A stretch of 64,000 bases of DNA from Mobula hypostoma (GCF_963921235.1 NC_086097.1:64978001-65042000), one strand, 5' to 3'; shown: positions 12,281-24,926, counted from the first letter of the stretch. The notes: generated by a model from the sequence alone, not told the origin. Numbers and translations are program-made.

Positions 12281-13042
12281 TCCTTCTGTATAGAACAGTA
12301 ATAAAAATGACCACAGTTTCTAATCAGTGCATATTACTGAGATCCCCACAAAAAAAATCAATTATTTCTCTGGTGAAAATTTCACCATTTCTGATTTCTG
12401 CTGCTTTCAGCTATCATATCAGAAGGCCTCTGTGCCCATTCAGTACGAGTTCATTAACAGCATAACCAGAAGAAAAACTCATTTGTTTTAGCTAACATTT
12501 AAAATATTTCACAGTGTGCGAAGGTTTGAAATATACATATACAATTAAATTAGTAGCTAAAATATGATATTTTAACATCAATAAATTTGTTTTACCCTCA
12601 ATAATGCTAATGTTTTGAAATATTTATATGAGGAAACTACAATATGCATAAATAAACATAGTCTACCTCGGGCCTGATAGCAGTCATGGCTAAACAGTTG
12701 AAAATACAAACTTCAAGCAACAAAGTTGCAACTAAACAAACTTTTCAAGATATATAACAGATTGATTTGTTCACAAGTACCTTACATTTATATTGGTTCA
12801 ACTTCTCCAAGGCTGGAGAAGGCTACAGAAGGCTACAGAAAGTGTTATTGATACAACCTTGCTGAATCATTAACAGCAACTTTGGCATTTTTCTATCAAC
12901 CTGCTGAAAGTTCCTGTCACTTTCATGGACTAATGCCAACAGATGTACATTCAACACCAACACAAATTTTAGACCTATATTTTCAGTGTGTTGTGTGGTT
13001 GCAGCAATTGTACAATAGAGGCCTTGAACGTATCTATCTGAT

Positions 13043-14068
13043 TTTAGACTATAGGAGCAGCATCAGGCCCTTTGATTATTGAATCTGCTCTGCTATTCGA
13101 TCATGGCTGATTTATTATCCCTCTCGACCCCATTCTCCTGCCTTCTCCCTGTAACCTTTGACATCCTGACTAATAAAGAACCCATCAACCTCTGCTTTAA
13201 ATATACTCAATTAAGTAGCCTCTACAGCTGAAATTGGCAATGAATTCCACAGATTCACTACCCTCTGGCTAAAGAAGTTCCTCCTCAAGTCTGTTCTGAA
13301 TGAATGCCCTTCTATTCTGAAGATGTGCCCTCTGGTTCTAGATTCACACACTCTAGGAAACATCCTCTCCACATCCAATCTATATTAGCCTTTCAATATT
13401 CGATACATTTCAACGAGATCCCCCCCCAAATTCTTCTAAACTCCAGTAAGTACAGGCCCAGAGCCATCAGATGATCCTCATACATTAACCCTTTCATTCC
13501 CAAAATCTTTCTTGGGAACCTCTGGACCTTCTCCAATGCCAGCCTAAAACTGTTCACAATACTCAAAGTGAGGTCTGACCAATGCCTTATAAAGCCTCAG
13601 CAATTAGATCCTTGCTTTCATATTCTTTCCTTTTCAAATAAATGTATTTATCCTCCTCTATTTAAAAGAAAAGTCCCTCTACCTTCCCACTTATTTCCTC
13701 CTACCAGTTAGCCAATCTTCTACCCATGTTGGCATCTTTCCTGTATTATCTTGTTATGGGCTCTTATCTTGTTAAGCAGCTTCATGTTCAACACCTTGTC
13801 CAACGCCTTCTAAAAATTCAAGTAAACAATATCCACTGACTATCCTTTGTCTATCATGTATTTTATTTCCTCAAAAAATTCCAACAGATTTGTCAGACAA
13901 GATTTCCCATTAAAGAAACCATGTTGTCTTTATCCTATTTTATCATGTGCCTCCAAAGACCCCAAAAGCTCATCCTTAATAATGGACTCCAACATCTTTT
14001 CTATCACTGAAGTCAAGCTAACTGGCTGATAGTTTCCTTTTTTCTGCCTCCTTCCCTTCTTAAAGAGA
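13043..14068 (-). mobile_element. CR1 LINE (3' part); continues at 21591-22752 after nested insertions
   Basis: 3' tail at ~13043; reverse complement of RPVSLTSVI/QHGFFNGKSCLTNLLEF near 13880-14030. Confidence 0.9.
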
Positions 14069-14715
14069 GTGAACCCTCACAAGGCGGAAGGTCCTGATGA
14101 AGTATCTGGTAAAGCTCTGAAAATCTATGCCAACCAACTAGCGGGAGTATTCAGGGACATTTTCAACCTCTCACTGCTACGGGTGGAAGTTCCCACTTGC
14201 TTCATAAAGGCAATAATTATACCAGTGCCTAAGAAGAATAATGTGAGCTGCCTTAATTACTATCGCCTAGTAGCACTCACATCAGAACTCCTGCCTCAGC
14301 AAGGACCTGGACCCATTGCAATTTGCCTATCACCACAATAGGTCAACAGCAGATGCAATCTCACTGGCTCTCCACACGGCTTTAGACCACCTGGACAACA
14401 CAAACACGTGTGTCAGGATGCTGTTCATCAACTATAGCTCAGCATTTAATACCATCATTCCCATAATCCTGATTGAAAAGTTGCAGAACCTGGGCCTCTG
14501 TACCTCCCTCTGCACCTCCCTCTGTAATTGGATCCTTGACTTCCTAACCGGAAGACCACAATCTGTGCGGATCGGTGATAACATCTCCTCCTCGCTGACG
14601 ATCAACACTGGCACACCTCAGGGGTGTGCGCTTAGCCCACTGCTCAACTCTGTGTGGCTAGGAATAGCTCAAGTACCATCTATAAACTTGCTGATGATAC
14701 AACCACTATTGGTAG

Positions 14716-15264
14716 TGTTACGTAACCGGCAACAATGAATATCAATCGAGACAGGTTATATAAAAACAACCAAACATTTATTAAACATGGATATACAATA
14801 AAAAACAAACGAAAACCTTAACCGGAAGTTAACCGCTATGCGGCCGTTCAACAAACCGTCACTCGCTACTGGTTCTTAAAGCGTTAAATGCGAAAACAGT
14901 TCTTAAAGCGGTAAAGTCAGATACAGTTCTTAAAATGGTAAATTCGAAAGTCCAACAGATTTATACGTTCAACTGGGAGAGATTTCTCTGGAGAAGGACT
15001 TCTTTATAGACACGTATAAATCTGTTGGACTTTCGAATTTACCATTTTAAGAACTGTATCTGACTTTACCGCTTTAAGAACTGTTTTCGCATTTAACGCT
15101 TTAAGAACCAGTAGCGAGTGACAGTTTGTTGAACGGCCGCATAGCGGTTAACTTCCGGTTAAGGCTTTCGTTTGTTTTTTATTGTTTATCCCTGTTTAAT
15201 AAATGTTTGGTTGTTTTTATATAACCTGTCTCGATTGATATTCATTGTTGCTGGTTACGTAACA
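14716..15264. repeat. fold-back palindrome of LTR 3' end: 253-bp arms (14716-14968 / 15012-15264), 43-nt spacer
   Basis: left arm is the reverse complement of the right arm with ~5 mismatches; both match 3' LTR 20266-20517. Confidence 0.95.
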
Positions 15265-15271
15265 TAATTTA

Positions 15272-15288
15272 TGGGAGCTCGGCCAGGA
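15272..15288 (+). promoter_or_regulatory. primer binding site, tRNA-Pro-like
   Basis: tgggagctcggccagga vs TGGGGGCTCGTCCGGGA, 7 nt after the LTR-terminal CA. Confidence 0.75.
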
Positions 15289-15396
15289 GATGTTCCGATT
15301 TTCAGTTTAAGTGCTGGTAATTGCCATTTTGATTTGGAAAAGGGAAATACCCATTTTTTTTTAGTTTGATTGGTGTGTGAGTGGTATTCGGCAACA

Positions 15397-16984
15397 ATGA
15401 ATGTTGACGAGTTTATGGATACACCTGACCCGGTGTCTTTAGTGAATGCGAGAAAACCTGAGGTATTGGAGATTGCTAGGAAGTTGGATATTAAGGGAAT
15501 TATGAAGAATACCACAAAGGCTTTAATACAAAGAAAAATTGCTGAGTATTATATTAGTTTGAAAACGTTTGATGATGAGGTGTTAGATAGGTCTCCAATG
15601 AGTAATCTGGAAATGCAGTTACATCTTGAACAAATAAAGTTAAAGCAATTAGAAGCTGATTTGGAAAGAAGTCGGTTAGAAGCTGAAAATAAACAGAAGG
15701 AATTCGAGGCTAGAGGGGCCCATAAAATAAGGGAATTTAAAGAAAGAGAAGCTGAAAACCAGAGGAAATTTGAGCTAGAGATGAAGAAATTAAAGTCTGG
15801 GAATCAGTCTTCTGGTTCTAAGAAACAGTTTATTGCTAGTCGTGAGGTTACTTTGGCTCCTCCATTTAATGAAGCTGAAGTGGACAAATACTTCCAGCAT
15901 TTCGAAACTATTGCTCTGAGATTAAAGTGGCTGAAAGACCAATGGCCAGTGATGTTACAAAGTGTAATTAAAGACAAGGCACAACAAGTTTATACAGCTT
16001 TAAATGCAGAGCAAGCACTGGATTATGATATTGTTAAACAGCATATATTAAAGGCATATGAGTTGGCTCCGGAAGCATATAGAGAAAGATTCAGAAATTT
16101 GAAGAAATCAGTGGAAAAAACTTATGTGGAATTTGCCTATGAGAAATCTGTGTGTTTTGAGAGATGGGTTTCCTCTAAAAATGTGAATAGGGAGTATAAT
16201 AAATTAAAAGAGTTGATTTTACTGGAGGAATTTAAAAGGAGCATTCCAGTAGAAGTGAGAACATACTTAAATGAAAGGGACACTGCTACATTGCAGGAGA
16301 CTGCTAAATTAGCTGATGAGTATGCTTTAATTCATAAGAAATAAATTTTCTCCAGGTAGAACTTTTAAAAGGAAAAATAGCACAGAGAGTCAAGGTAAAC
16401 CAGAAATTAAACCTGAAGTTAGTGAGAAAGGTAAGGATGAAGGGAGACATGTGAAGGAAAGACATTTTGGTATTATTTGTAATTATTGTAAGAAACCTGG
16501 CCATGTAGTAGCTAATTGCTTTCATTTGAAAAAGAAAGAGAAAGAAGCCGTCCCAGATGCTTGTGTGCAGCATATTGAAACACCTGTAAATTCACAGGGT
16601 TTAGAAAATACTAATAAAGACGTGTCAGAGTCTGACCAAGTTAAGAAAGGATATGAGACTTTTATAACAGAAGGATTTGTATCCTTGAAAGAAGGATCCA
16701 ATTCAGTACCAATAAGAATACTTAGAGATACTGGAGCTTCTCCATTACTAATATTAGACAGTATGCTAAAGTTTAGTGATGAGTCTGACATTGGTGAGGT
16801 AAATTATATAAGAGGAGTTGGGAGTGCCGTTATGCCAGTACATTTACATAGAGTAACTTTAAGGTCAGGATTAGTTACAGGGGTTGTTAAAGTAGGATTA
16901 CAATCTAGTTTACCTGTGAGTGATGTTTCTCTTTTGTTAGGAAATGATTTAGCAGGTGGACAAGTTTTTCCTGAAGTACAATAA
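15397..16984 (+). pseudogene. Gmr1 gag (SCAN-like capsid CTD, CCHC knuckle) and protease; frameshift near 16340
   Basis: ILKAYELAPEAYRERFR..LILLEEFKRSIP..AKLADEY; CNYCKKPGHVVANC; ILRDTGAS..LLLGNDL. Confidence 0.9.
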
Positions 16985-17062
16985 GTCCTAATTCTGAGGA
17001 ACCACAGAGGGATTATAACACAGACTCTTCCTGTGTTGTAACAAGAGCTATGGCTAAAAAGA

Positions 17063-18451
17063 TTGATGTACAGGATGAGGTTGTTACCCATGACTGTTCA
17101 AGATTCGAATTTTGAGGATGTATCAGAAACTTTCTTACCTACATTATTTGATCAGAATTTTGGTGGTAAGTCTGACCAGGAAGATTTGACTTTATCGCAG
17201 AAGGAGATGATAGCAGAGCAGGGTAGAGATCCTGAGATAGTTAAATTGAAAGAACAAGCTCTTCCAGATAGTGAAATTGAAAAAGTACCAGTAGGATATT
17301 ATTTTGAAAAGGGAGTATTAATGAGAAAGTCGAGATCGCCTACAATTCCTGCTAATGAGGAATGGGAGGTTAATCATCAGGTAGTGGTTCCTAAATTTTA
17401 TTGAAATGAGATTTTAACTATGGCTCATAGTATACCTTTGGGTGGTCATTTAGGTGTAAAGAAAACTATGAACAAGATTTCTAAACATTTTTATTGGCCT
17501 AGTTTAAGAAAAGATGTGGTGACATTATGTAGAATGTGTCATATGTGTCAAATTGTGGGTAAACCTAATCAAGTTACTCCAGTGGCTCCACTGCAACCAA
17601 TTCCAGTATTTGGTGAGCCGTTCTGAAAAATCATTGTGGACTGTGTAGGTCCTTTGCCAAAAACTAAAACTGAACATCAATATTTATTAACTATTATGTG
17701 CACAGCATCTAGGTTTCCAGAGGCAGTACCTCTTAGGAATATAACAGCCAATACTGTGACAAAGGCTCTTATAAAATTCTTTACTTATTTTGGGTTGCCT
17801 AAGGAAATACAACTGGATCAAGGTAGTAATTTTACGTCTGGATTGTTTCAGCAGATAGTTTATAAACTGGGAGCAAAATGGATTATTTCATCAGCCTATC
17901 ATCCAGAATCACAAGGAGCCTTGGAGAGATTTCATTCTACATTAAAAACTATGATTAGGACATATTGTGTGGAAAATGAAAAGGACTGGGATGAAGGTAT
18001 ACATTTACTACTTTTTGCAGTAAGGGAAGCAGTACAGGAATCATTAGGTTTTAGTCCTTTTGAACTTGTGTTTGGGCATAGAATTTGAGGACCTTTAGCT
18101 TTGTTGAAGGAGCAGTGGATTAGTAAAGAGGTACACACTAATTTGCTAGATTATGTTTTAAAATTTAAAGAAAGATTATATAAAGCTTGTAGCTTGGCCA
18201 AGGAAAATTTAAAATTGGCTCAAGAGAAGATGAAGACTTGGTATGATAAGGAAGCTAGGATGAGGTTACTTAAGCCTGGAGATAAGGTGTTGGTTCTTTT
18301 CCCAATGCAAACGAACCCATTACAAGACAAATTTCATGGTCCTTATGAGATTAAATCTAAGTTAAATGGTGTGGATTATGTAATTAAAAACCCCAGATCG
18401 AAGAAAGACAACAGAGCTGTGTCATATAAATATGATAAAACTGTATTATGA
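17063..18451 (+). pseudogene. Gmr1 integrase (HHCC, DDE, GPY/F), several stops
   Basis: AHSIPLGGHLG..CRMCHMC; DCVGP..DQGSNF..QGALERFH; FHGPYEI. Confidence 0.92.
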
Positions 18452-19451
18452 GAGAGAAGCTGCTACTATGACTGTTGTGATCAATAATGAGTCTGACCTT
18501 GATAAAAACTTCATGGTTGATTCATCTGAAACTCATTTTAAACCCAATATTATTTCAGCCAGGTTACCAAATTCAAAAATTCTAGAAAATATTGATGAAA
18601 AATTAGCTCATTTACAGCCACAGCAGAGAGAGCAGATGAAACAATTAATTTTTAAATATAGAGATTTATTTCCAGTTGTTCCTAGAAGAACCACCGTAGC
18701 TACACATGATGTAGATGTTGGAGATGCAAAACCCATAAAACAACATCCATATCGAATGAACAGGGAAAAATGTGAACTTGCTGAACAAGAAATTAAGTAT
18801 ATGTTAGAGAATGATATTATTAGACATTCTAATTTGAATTGGAGTTCACCGTGTGTTATGGTGCCTAAGCCAGACAATAGTATTAGGTTTTGTACAGATT
18901 ACAGGAAGGTGAATGCTGTGACAAAAACTGATGCATATCCAATCCCTAGGGTAGTTGGTTGTGTGGATAAAGTTGGACAAGCCAAATTCCTTACAAAAAT
19001 TGATTTGTTAAAAGGTTATTGGTGTGTTCCATTGACTGATAGAGGTAGAGAGATTTCAGCATTTGTAACCCCATCTGGGTTATATGAATATAATGTTCTT
19101 CCATTGGGGCTGAAGAATGCACCAGGTACTTTTCAGAGGATGATTAATAGTGTGATTCAGGGATTAAAAGATACAGATGCCTATATTGATGATTTAGTTA
19201 TAGGAAATAATACGTGGAAAGCACATATTACTGCGGTGGAGAAACTATTTGAGAGACTTTCAAAAGCTAACTTAACTATTAACTTAGCTAAAAGTGAATT
19301 TTGTCATGCCACTGTGACTATTAAGGAAAAGGGTTAAGGAACTCAAACTCCAATTTAGTAACACAGTTTAATGTTACAGGAGTACAATATTTTGATCACT
19401 CATTTTAAGGGTAAAGATAACCTGATCGCTGATTGTTTATCTAGGTGTTAA
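18432..19451 (+). pseudogene. Gmr1 reverse transcriptase followed by only the C-terminal tip of RNase H
   Basis: PIKQHPYR..FCTDYRKVN..IDLLKGYW..YIDD..EFCHATVT, then SLMLQEYNILITHFKGKDNLIADCLSRC*. Confidence 0.9.
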
Positions 19452-19650
19452 ATGTACAATGAAAATTTTTTTTGGAGTGGTATTTTAACATTTGTAACAC
19501 TCCTACTGTATATTCATTTGTAAAGTGCTGAAAGATAAGACTGTATATATTGTGTATGTTGTAAATTTTATACCTTTGTATTTTTTTTGTGTAAGTTATT
19601 AATTGTTAAAATTTTGCTCTTTAAGAGACCAAATTTTTTTTGGAGGGAGG

Positions 19651-20517
19651 TGTTATATACCTCAAGGAGATCTTGTGAGAATGATGTAGTGGCCTTTTGG
19701 AGGTCACCTGATGTAATTTTCCCGCCAATGTGAGGTCACGTGATGACATGTTCACCACAGGTATATAAGGAAAGACCTCAGGTGACACAGTTAGTTTTTA
19801 GTTTTTAGTTTTCCAACTAGAACGTTAATGTGTCTCCATTTCTGTTGCATATTTGTCTTATGATGCAGTTTCATTTTTAAAATGGAGTGTTACGTTCTGT
19901 TGCAAGGTACAATAGTGCTGGACTGGCAATTTTTGCTAAATGTGTTGATGTACCTTTTTCCAGTACTATGGGAGAGTGAAGACTTTATCGAAGTTCAGGA
20001 CCCGAAAGATTAAGAGAAGTTGGTATCTTTCGACAGTTTAACAAAGGATCGACCTTATTGAGTCTTCGTTGAAGAAGTAGTGACCTGCATCGAAGATAAC
20101 TCTTGCCAAAAGAGCAAGGAAGTTCATGCAAAGGTTTGCTCTCTAGAAATTAAAGTCAGTTGTTTTAAGCCATTTATATCCTGCATTGTGAATCCTTTGG
20201 ACAGAACCAACAGGAAAGTCGCATCTATGAAGAAATCCTTCTCCAGAGAAGTATCTCCCAATTGAATGTATAAATCTGTTGGACTTTCAAATTTACCATT
20301 TTAAGAACTGTATCTGACTTTACTGCTTTAAGAACTGTTTTCGCATTTAACGCTTTAAGAACCAGTGCCGAGTGACAATTTGTTGAACGGCTGCATAGCG
20401 GTTAACTTCCGGTTAAGGTTTTCGGTTTTTTTAAATTGTTTATCCGTGTTTATAAATGTTTGGTTGTTTTTATATAACCTGTCTCGATGGATATTCATTG
20501 TTGCCGGTTACATAACA
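19651..20517 (+). repeat. 3' LTR of Gmr1 element (867 bp)
   Basis: preceded by PPT tggagggagg; starts tgttatatac, ends tacataaca; TATA-like gtatataagg at ~19761. Confidence 0.92.
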
Positions 20518-21590
20518 TAATTGTAGAATCTCAAGTGGTGACAAGAAGGCATACAGGAGCGAGATATGCCAACTAGTGGAGTGGTGCCACAGCAACAACC
20601 TGGCACTCAACGTCAGTAAGATGGAAGGGCTGAACTAGCCACACAGTTATGTGCATATAGAGAGTAGAGCAGTGGATTAAGCACACACTCTTGAGGTGTG
20701 CCAGTGTTGATCGTCAGCGAGGAGGATATGTTATCACCAATCCGCACAGATTATGGTCTTCCGGTTAGTAAGTTGAGGTCCCAATTGCAGAGTGAGGTAC
20801 AGATGCCCAGGTTGTGGACTTCAGGAAGGGTAAGATGAAGGAACACATCCTCATGGAGGAATCAGAAGTGGAGAGAGTGAGCAGTTTCAAGTTTCTGGGT
20901 GTCAAGATCTCTGAGGATCTAACCTGGTCCCAACATATCGATGTAGTTATAAAGAAGGCAAGATTGTGGCTATACTTCATTAGGAGTTTGAAGAGATTTG
21001 GCATGTCAACAAACACACACAAAAAATTCTATAGGTATACCATGGAGAGCATTCTGACAGGCTGCAACACTGTCTGGTATGGCGGAGGGGCTACTGCACA
21101 GGACTGAAAGAAGCTGCAGAGGGTTGTAAATCTAGTCAGCTCCATCTTGGGGACCAGCCCACAAAGTACCCAGGACATCTTCAGGAAGTGGTGCCTCAGA
21201 AAGGCAGCGTCCATTATTTAAGGACCTCCAGCATCCAGGGCATGCCCTTTTCTCACTGTTACCATGAGGTAGGAGGTACAGAAGCCTGAAGGCACACACT
21301 CAGCAATTCAGGAACAGCTTCTTCCCCTCTGCCATCCAATTCCTAAATGGACATTGAACCCATGAACACTACCTCACCTTTTTTAATATACAGTATTTCT
21401 GTTTTTTGCATGTTTTAAAAAATCTATTCAATATATGTATACTGTAATTGATTTATTTATTTATTTATTTATTATTATTATTTTTATTTATATTTTTCTC
21501 TTCTATATTATGTATTGCATTGAACTGCTGCTGCTAAGTTAACAAATTTCACGTCACATGGCGGTGATAATAAACCTGATTCTGATTCTG

Positions 21591-22752
21591 ACTAATGTCT
21601 CCAGAATATCTTCAGCTACCTCTTTCAGAACCCTGAGGTGCAGTCCATCCGGTACAGGTGACTTATCTATCTTGAGACCTTCAGCTTCCCAAGCACCTTC
21701 TTCTTTGGAATAGCAACTACCCACTGACACTTTTGAATTTCTTGCACACTGCTAGTGTCTTCCATAGTGAAGGCTGACACCCATTACTTTGTCCCCCAGT
21801 ACTACCTCTCCAGAGTCACTTTCCAGTGGCCCAATCTCCATTCTCGCTTCTCTTTACTCTTTATATATCTGAGAAAACTTTTGATATCCCCTTTTATATT
21901 ATTGGGGAATTTCATCTTCCGTCTCCTATTTTTTTTTAGTTGCCTTCCGTTGATTTTTAAAAGCTTCCCAGTCCTCCAACTTCCCATTAATTTTTGCTAT
22001 ATTATATACTCTCTCATTTGTTTTTATGTTGTCTTTAACTTCCCTTGTCAGCCACGGTTGCCTCATCCTCCCTTTAGAATACTTCTTCATCTTTGGGATA
22101 TGTCTATCTTGCACCTTTGAAATTGACCCCAGAAACTACAGCCATTTCTGTTCTGACATCATTCCTGCTAGTGTTTCCTTCCAATCAGCTTTGGCCAGCT
22201 TCTCTCTCATGCCTCTGTAATACTGATACTGTACATCTGACTTTATCTTCTCCCTCTCAAACTGCAGGGTGAATTCTATCATATGATCACTCTGTCCGAA
22301 GAGTTCTTTTACCTTATGCTCCCTAATCAAATCTGGTTCAGCAGCCAATCCAGAATTACATTTCCCTTCGTGGGCACAATCACAGGCTGCTCTAAAAAAA
22401 ACTATCTCCCTCTCTTGTGATCCGGCAGCAACCTGATTTTTCCCAATTTATCTGCATATTGAAATCCACCGTGACTATTGTAACATTGTCTTTTTATATG
22501 CCTTTTCTCTCTCCCACTGTGATTTGTATCCCACTTCCTGGCTACTATTTGGAGGCCCATATATAATTCCTATTAGGGTCTTTTTACCCTTACAGTTTCT
22601 TAACTCTACCCACAAGGATTCTACATCTTCCGATCCTATGTCACCTCTTTCTAAGTATTTGATTTCATTTTTTACCAACAGAGTCACCTCGTCCCTTCTG
22701 CCCCTCTGCCTGTCCTTTCATTACAATGTGTATCCTTTGACATTAAGCTCCG
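21591..22752 (-). mobile_element. CR1 LINE, endonuclease-linker part (continuation of 13043-14068)
   Basis: ESLWVELRNCKGKKTLIGIIYGPP, GQSDH, QPWLTREVKDNIK on minus. Confidence 0.9.
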
Positions 22753-24164
22753 ATGAATACCAACCAACCAGATTGTCAAGGTATATAATAAGGAAAAAAT
22801 TTTTAATCTGAAAAGATCTTTTACTGCTTTATATTTACAATTCATCTTCTCAGGCTTTTGTATAATTTATTTTTTTACTCACTTATTTATAGATCATTAT
22901 CAATACACCTAACTTTAATTACAATTCTGAATATAGCAATGCCAGGTGAAAACCAGATCATGTATTTGTACTGCAGCTAGCAATTTCACTCGTACTGAAA
23001 AGTAATAAAGACAGGCGGTACCCAACTTATACTGGTCAGTTTAAAATCTTGCTCTTCTACCCAAGAAAGTGTTTAGGAATCTGTGCCCATGAATATCATA
23101 ACTGCAAGAAAGAAAGGATATTGACTCAGAGCATCAAGATGTGGAATCAGTCTGGGTGGGGCCAGGAAGTGCCAATAGGCAGAAACCAGTGTACTTTATC
23201 TTTAACCTCCAAACAAATGGCAAGTTAGCAGTGTCCGTGAAAAAGAATTCTACAGGAAACATAAGTTTCTTTATTTTACACAGGGGAGGAATAAGAAATG
23301 GTTCTTAAGATAGGTATGTTGAGAAGCCAATGAGGGAACAGGTCATCCTAGATTGGGTATTGTGCAATAAGCAGAGGTCAGATATCTTGTTTTGTGGGGT
23401 CTTTTCGGAAGATATTTATAAAGAGGAAGCATATAAAGTTGGTTAAACAAGTAGCAGGCCTGACAATTGAGAGAAGTTAAAAAAGTAAAACATGAAATGA
23501 ATAAAAAGGTGTTTGATTAAGAAACCCAGGAAGATGGGGTAAGGGATTTACCTTGTAAGGAACATAAAAGTGGATTGTAAAGCTTTCTACAAATATCTAA
23601 TAAGAAAACAACTGGTGAAGGTAAATCTATTTCCCTTACAGTTAGGAATGGAAGAGTGCATAAAGGCGAATAATGATAAGGCAGACCAATTAAAGAAATA
23701 CTTTAGTTCTGTCTTCATGGAAGAGGATACAAGTAACAATCCCGAACTGCTTGTGGACCAAGTGGCTAATGAAAAGGATATCAATATTAGTAAAACAGAA
23801 AATGTCCAAGAAGCTAACAGAACCAAAAGCCAATAAATTCTCATGACATGAAAATTCGCAGCCAAGCATATTAAAGAAGGTGGCCATGGGAATGATGGAT
23901 GTGTTCATTGTCTATATTTTCATTGATAAGGAAGAATTCCAACAGACAACGAAGAGGCAAATATAACACCTCTATTTAGAAAAGAAGGGAGGGAACACAG
24001 GGATCTATGGGTTGGTTACCCTAATATCAGTGGCAGAGAAATTGCAAAAGTCTAATATAAAGGAACTGATGATATACAGTATAAAGGAATATAAAGGGAT
24101 ACTTAGGGAACATAACAAGGATTAGACAATTTCAACATGGAGTATGAAAAGGAAATAGTATTTG

Positions 24165-24870
24165 AATTGACTTTATTACTTACATCCTTCATTTCTTTAC
24201 GTTACGTCTCAGTCTAAATGTGCAATGTGCAATTTATAGTAATTTATAATAAATATTATGTACAACAGGATAGCCAATATAACATAGAAATATAGTTGCA
24301 CAAGCATGAATTAAGTAGTCTGATGGCCTGGTGGAAGAGTCTGTCCTGGAGCCTGTTGGTCCTGGCTTTATGCTGCGGTATCGTTTCCTGGATGGTAGCA
24401 GCTGGAACAGTTTGTGGTTGGGGTGACTCGGATCCCCAATGATCCTTCAGGCCCTTTTTACACATCTGTCTTTGCAAATGTCCTGAATAGTGGGAAGTTC
24501 ACATCTACAGATGCACTGGGCTGTCCGCACCACTCTCTGTAGAGTCCTGCGATTGAGGGAAGTACAGTTCCCATGCCAGGCAGTGATGCAGCCAGTCAGG
24601 ATGCTCTCAATTGCTCTTAGGATTTGGGGGGCCCATACCAAACTTCTTCAACCACCTGAGGTGAAAGGGGCGCAGTTGTGGCTTTTTTCACCAGATAGCC
24701 AGTAAGTACAGACCACGTGATGTCCTTGGTGATGTTCACCCTCTCAACCCCAGATCCATTGATGTCAATAGGGGTTAGCCGGACTCCATTCCTCCTATAA
24801 TCCATAACCAGCTCCTTTGTTTTTGCGACATTGAGGGAGAGGTTGTTATCTTGACACCTCTGTGTCAGGC
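24165..24870 (-). mobile_element. Rex1/Babar LINE 3' fragment
   Basis: CQDNNLSLNVAKTKELVMDYRR; IESILTGCITAWHGNC; tail aataaagtcaattcaa. Confidence 0.85.
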
Positions 24871-24926
24871 TGATAACTTTGACAAAGTTATGGGAATCTT
24901 TTTGAGAATATAACTCATAGAATAGG

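Larger units (their letters stand above)
14716..20522 (+). mobile_element. Gmr1-type Gypsy LTR retrotransposon (gag-PR-IN-RT order), rearranged 5' LTR, RNase H mostly deleted
   Basis: TGTTA..TAACA ends, 4-bp TSD gtag (14712-15 / 20523-26), PBS, PPT, integrase upstream of RT. Confidence 0.93.
14069..21590 (+). mobile_element. Rex1/Babar LINE (5'-truncated), split by a Gmr1 LTR element at 14716-20522
   Basis: [38 protein letters not shown] | resumes aatctcaagtggtgac; FKFLGVKISEDLTW; tail taaacctgattctgattctg. Confidence 0.9.

Noticed and set aside
12780..12975. Minus-strand exon candidate with gtaagg donor
   Set aside because: Frames tested contain stops; includes a 10-bp tandem duplication
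14716..20517. DIRS-like element (inverted terminal repeats) or DNA transposon
   Set aside because: It encodes a DDE integrase and protease, has PBS, PPT and a 4-bp TSD, and no tyrosine recombinase; the inverted ends are a rearranged LTR
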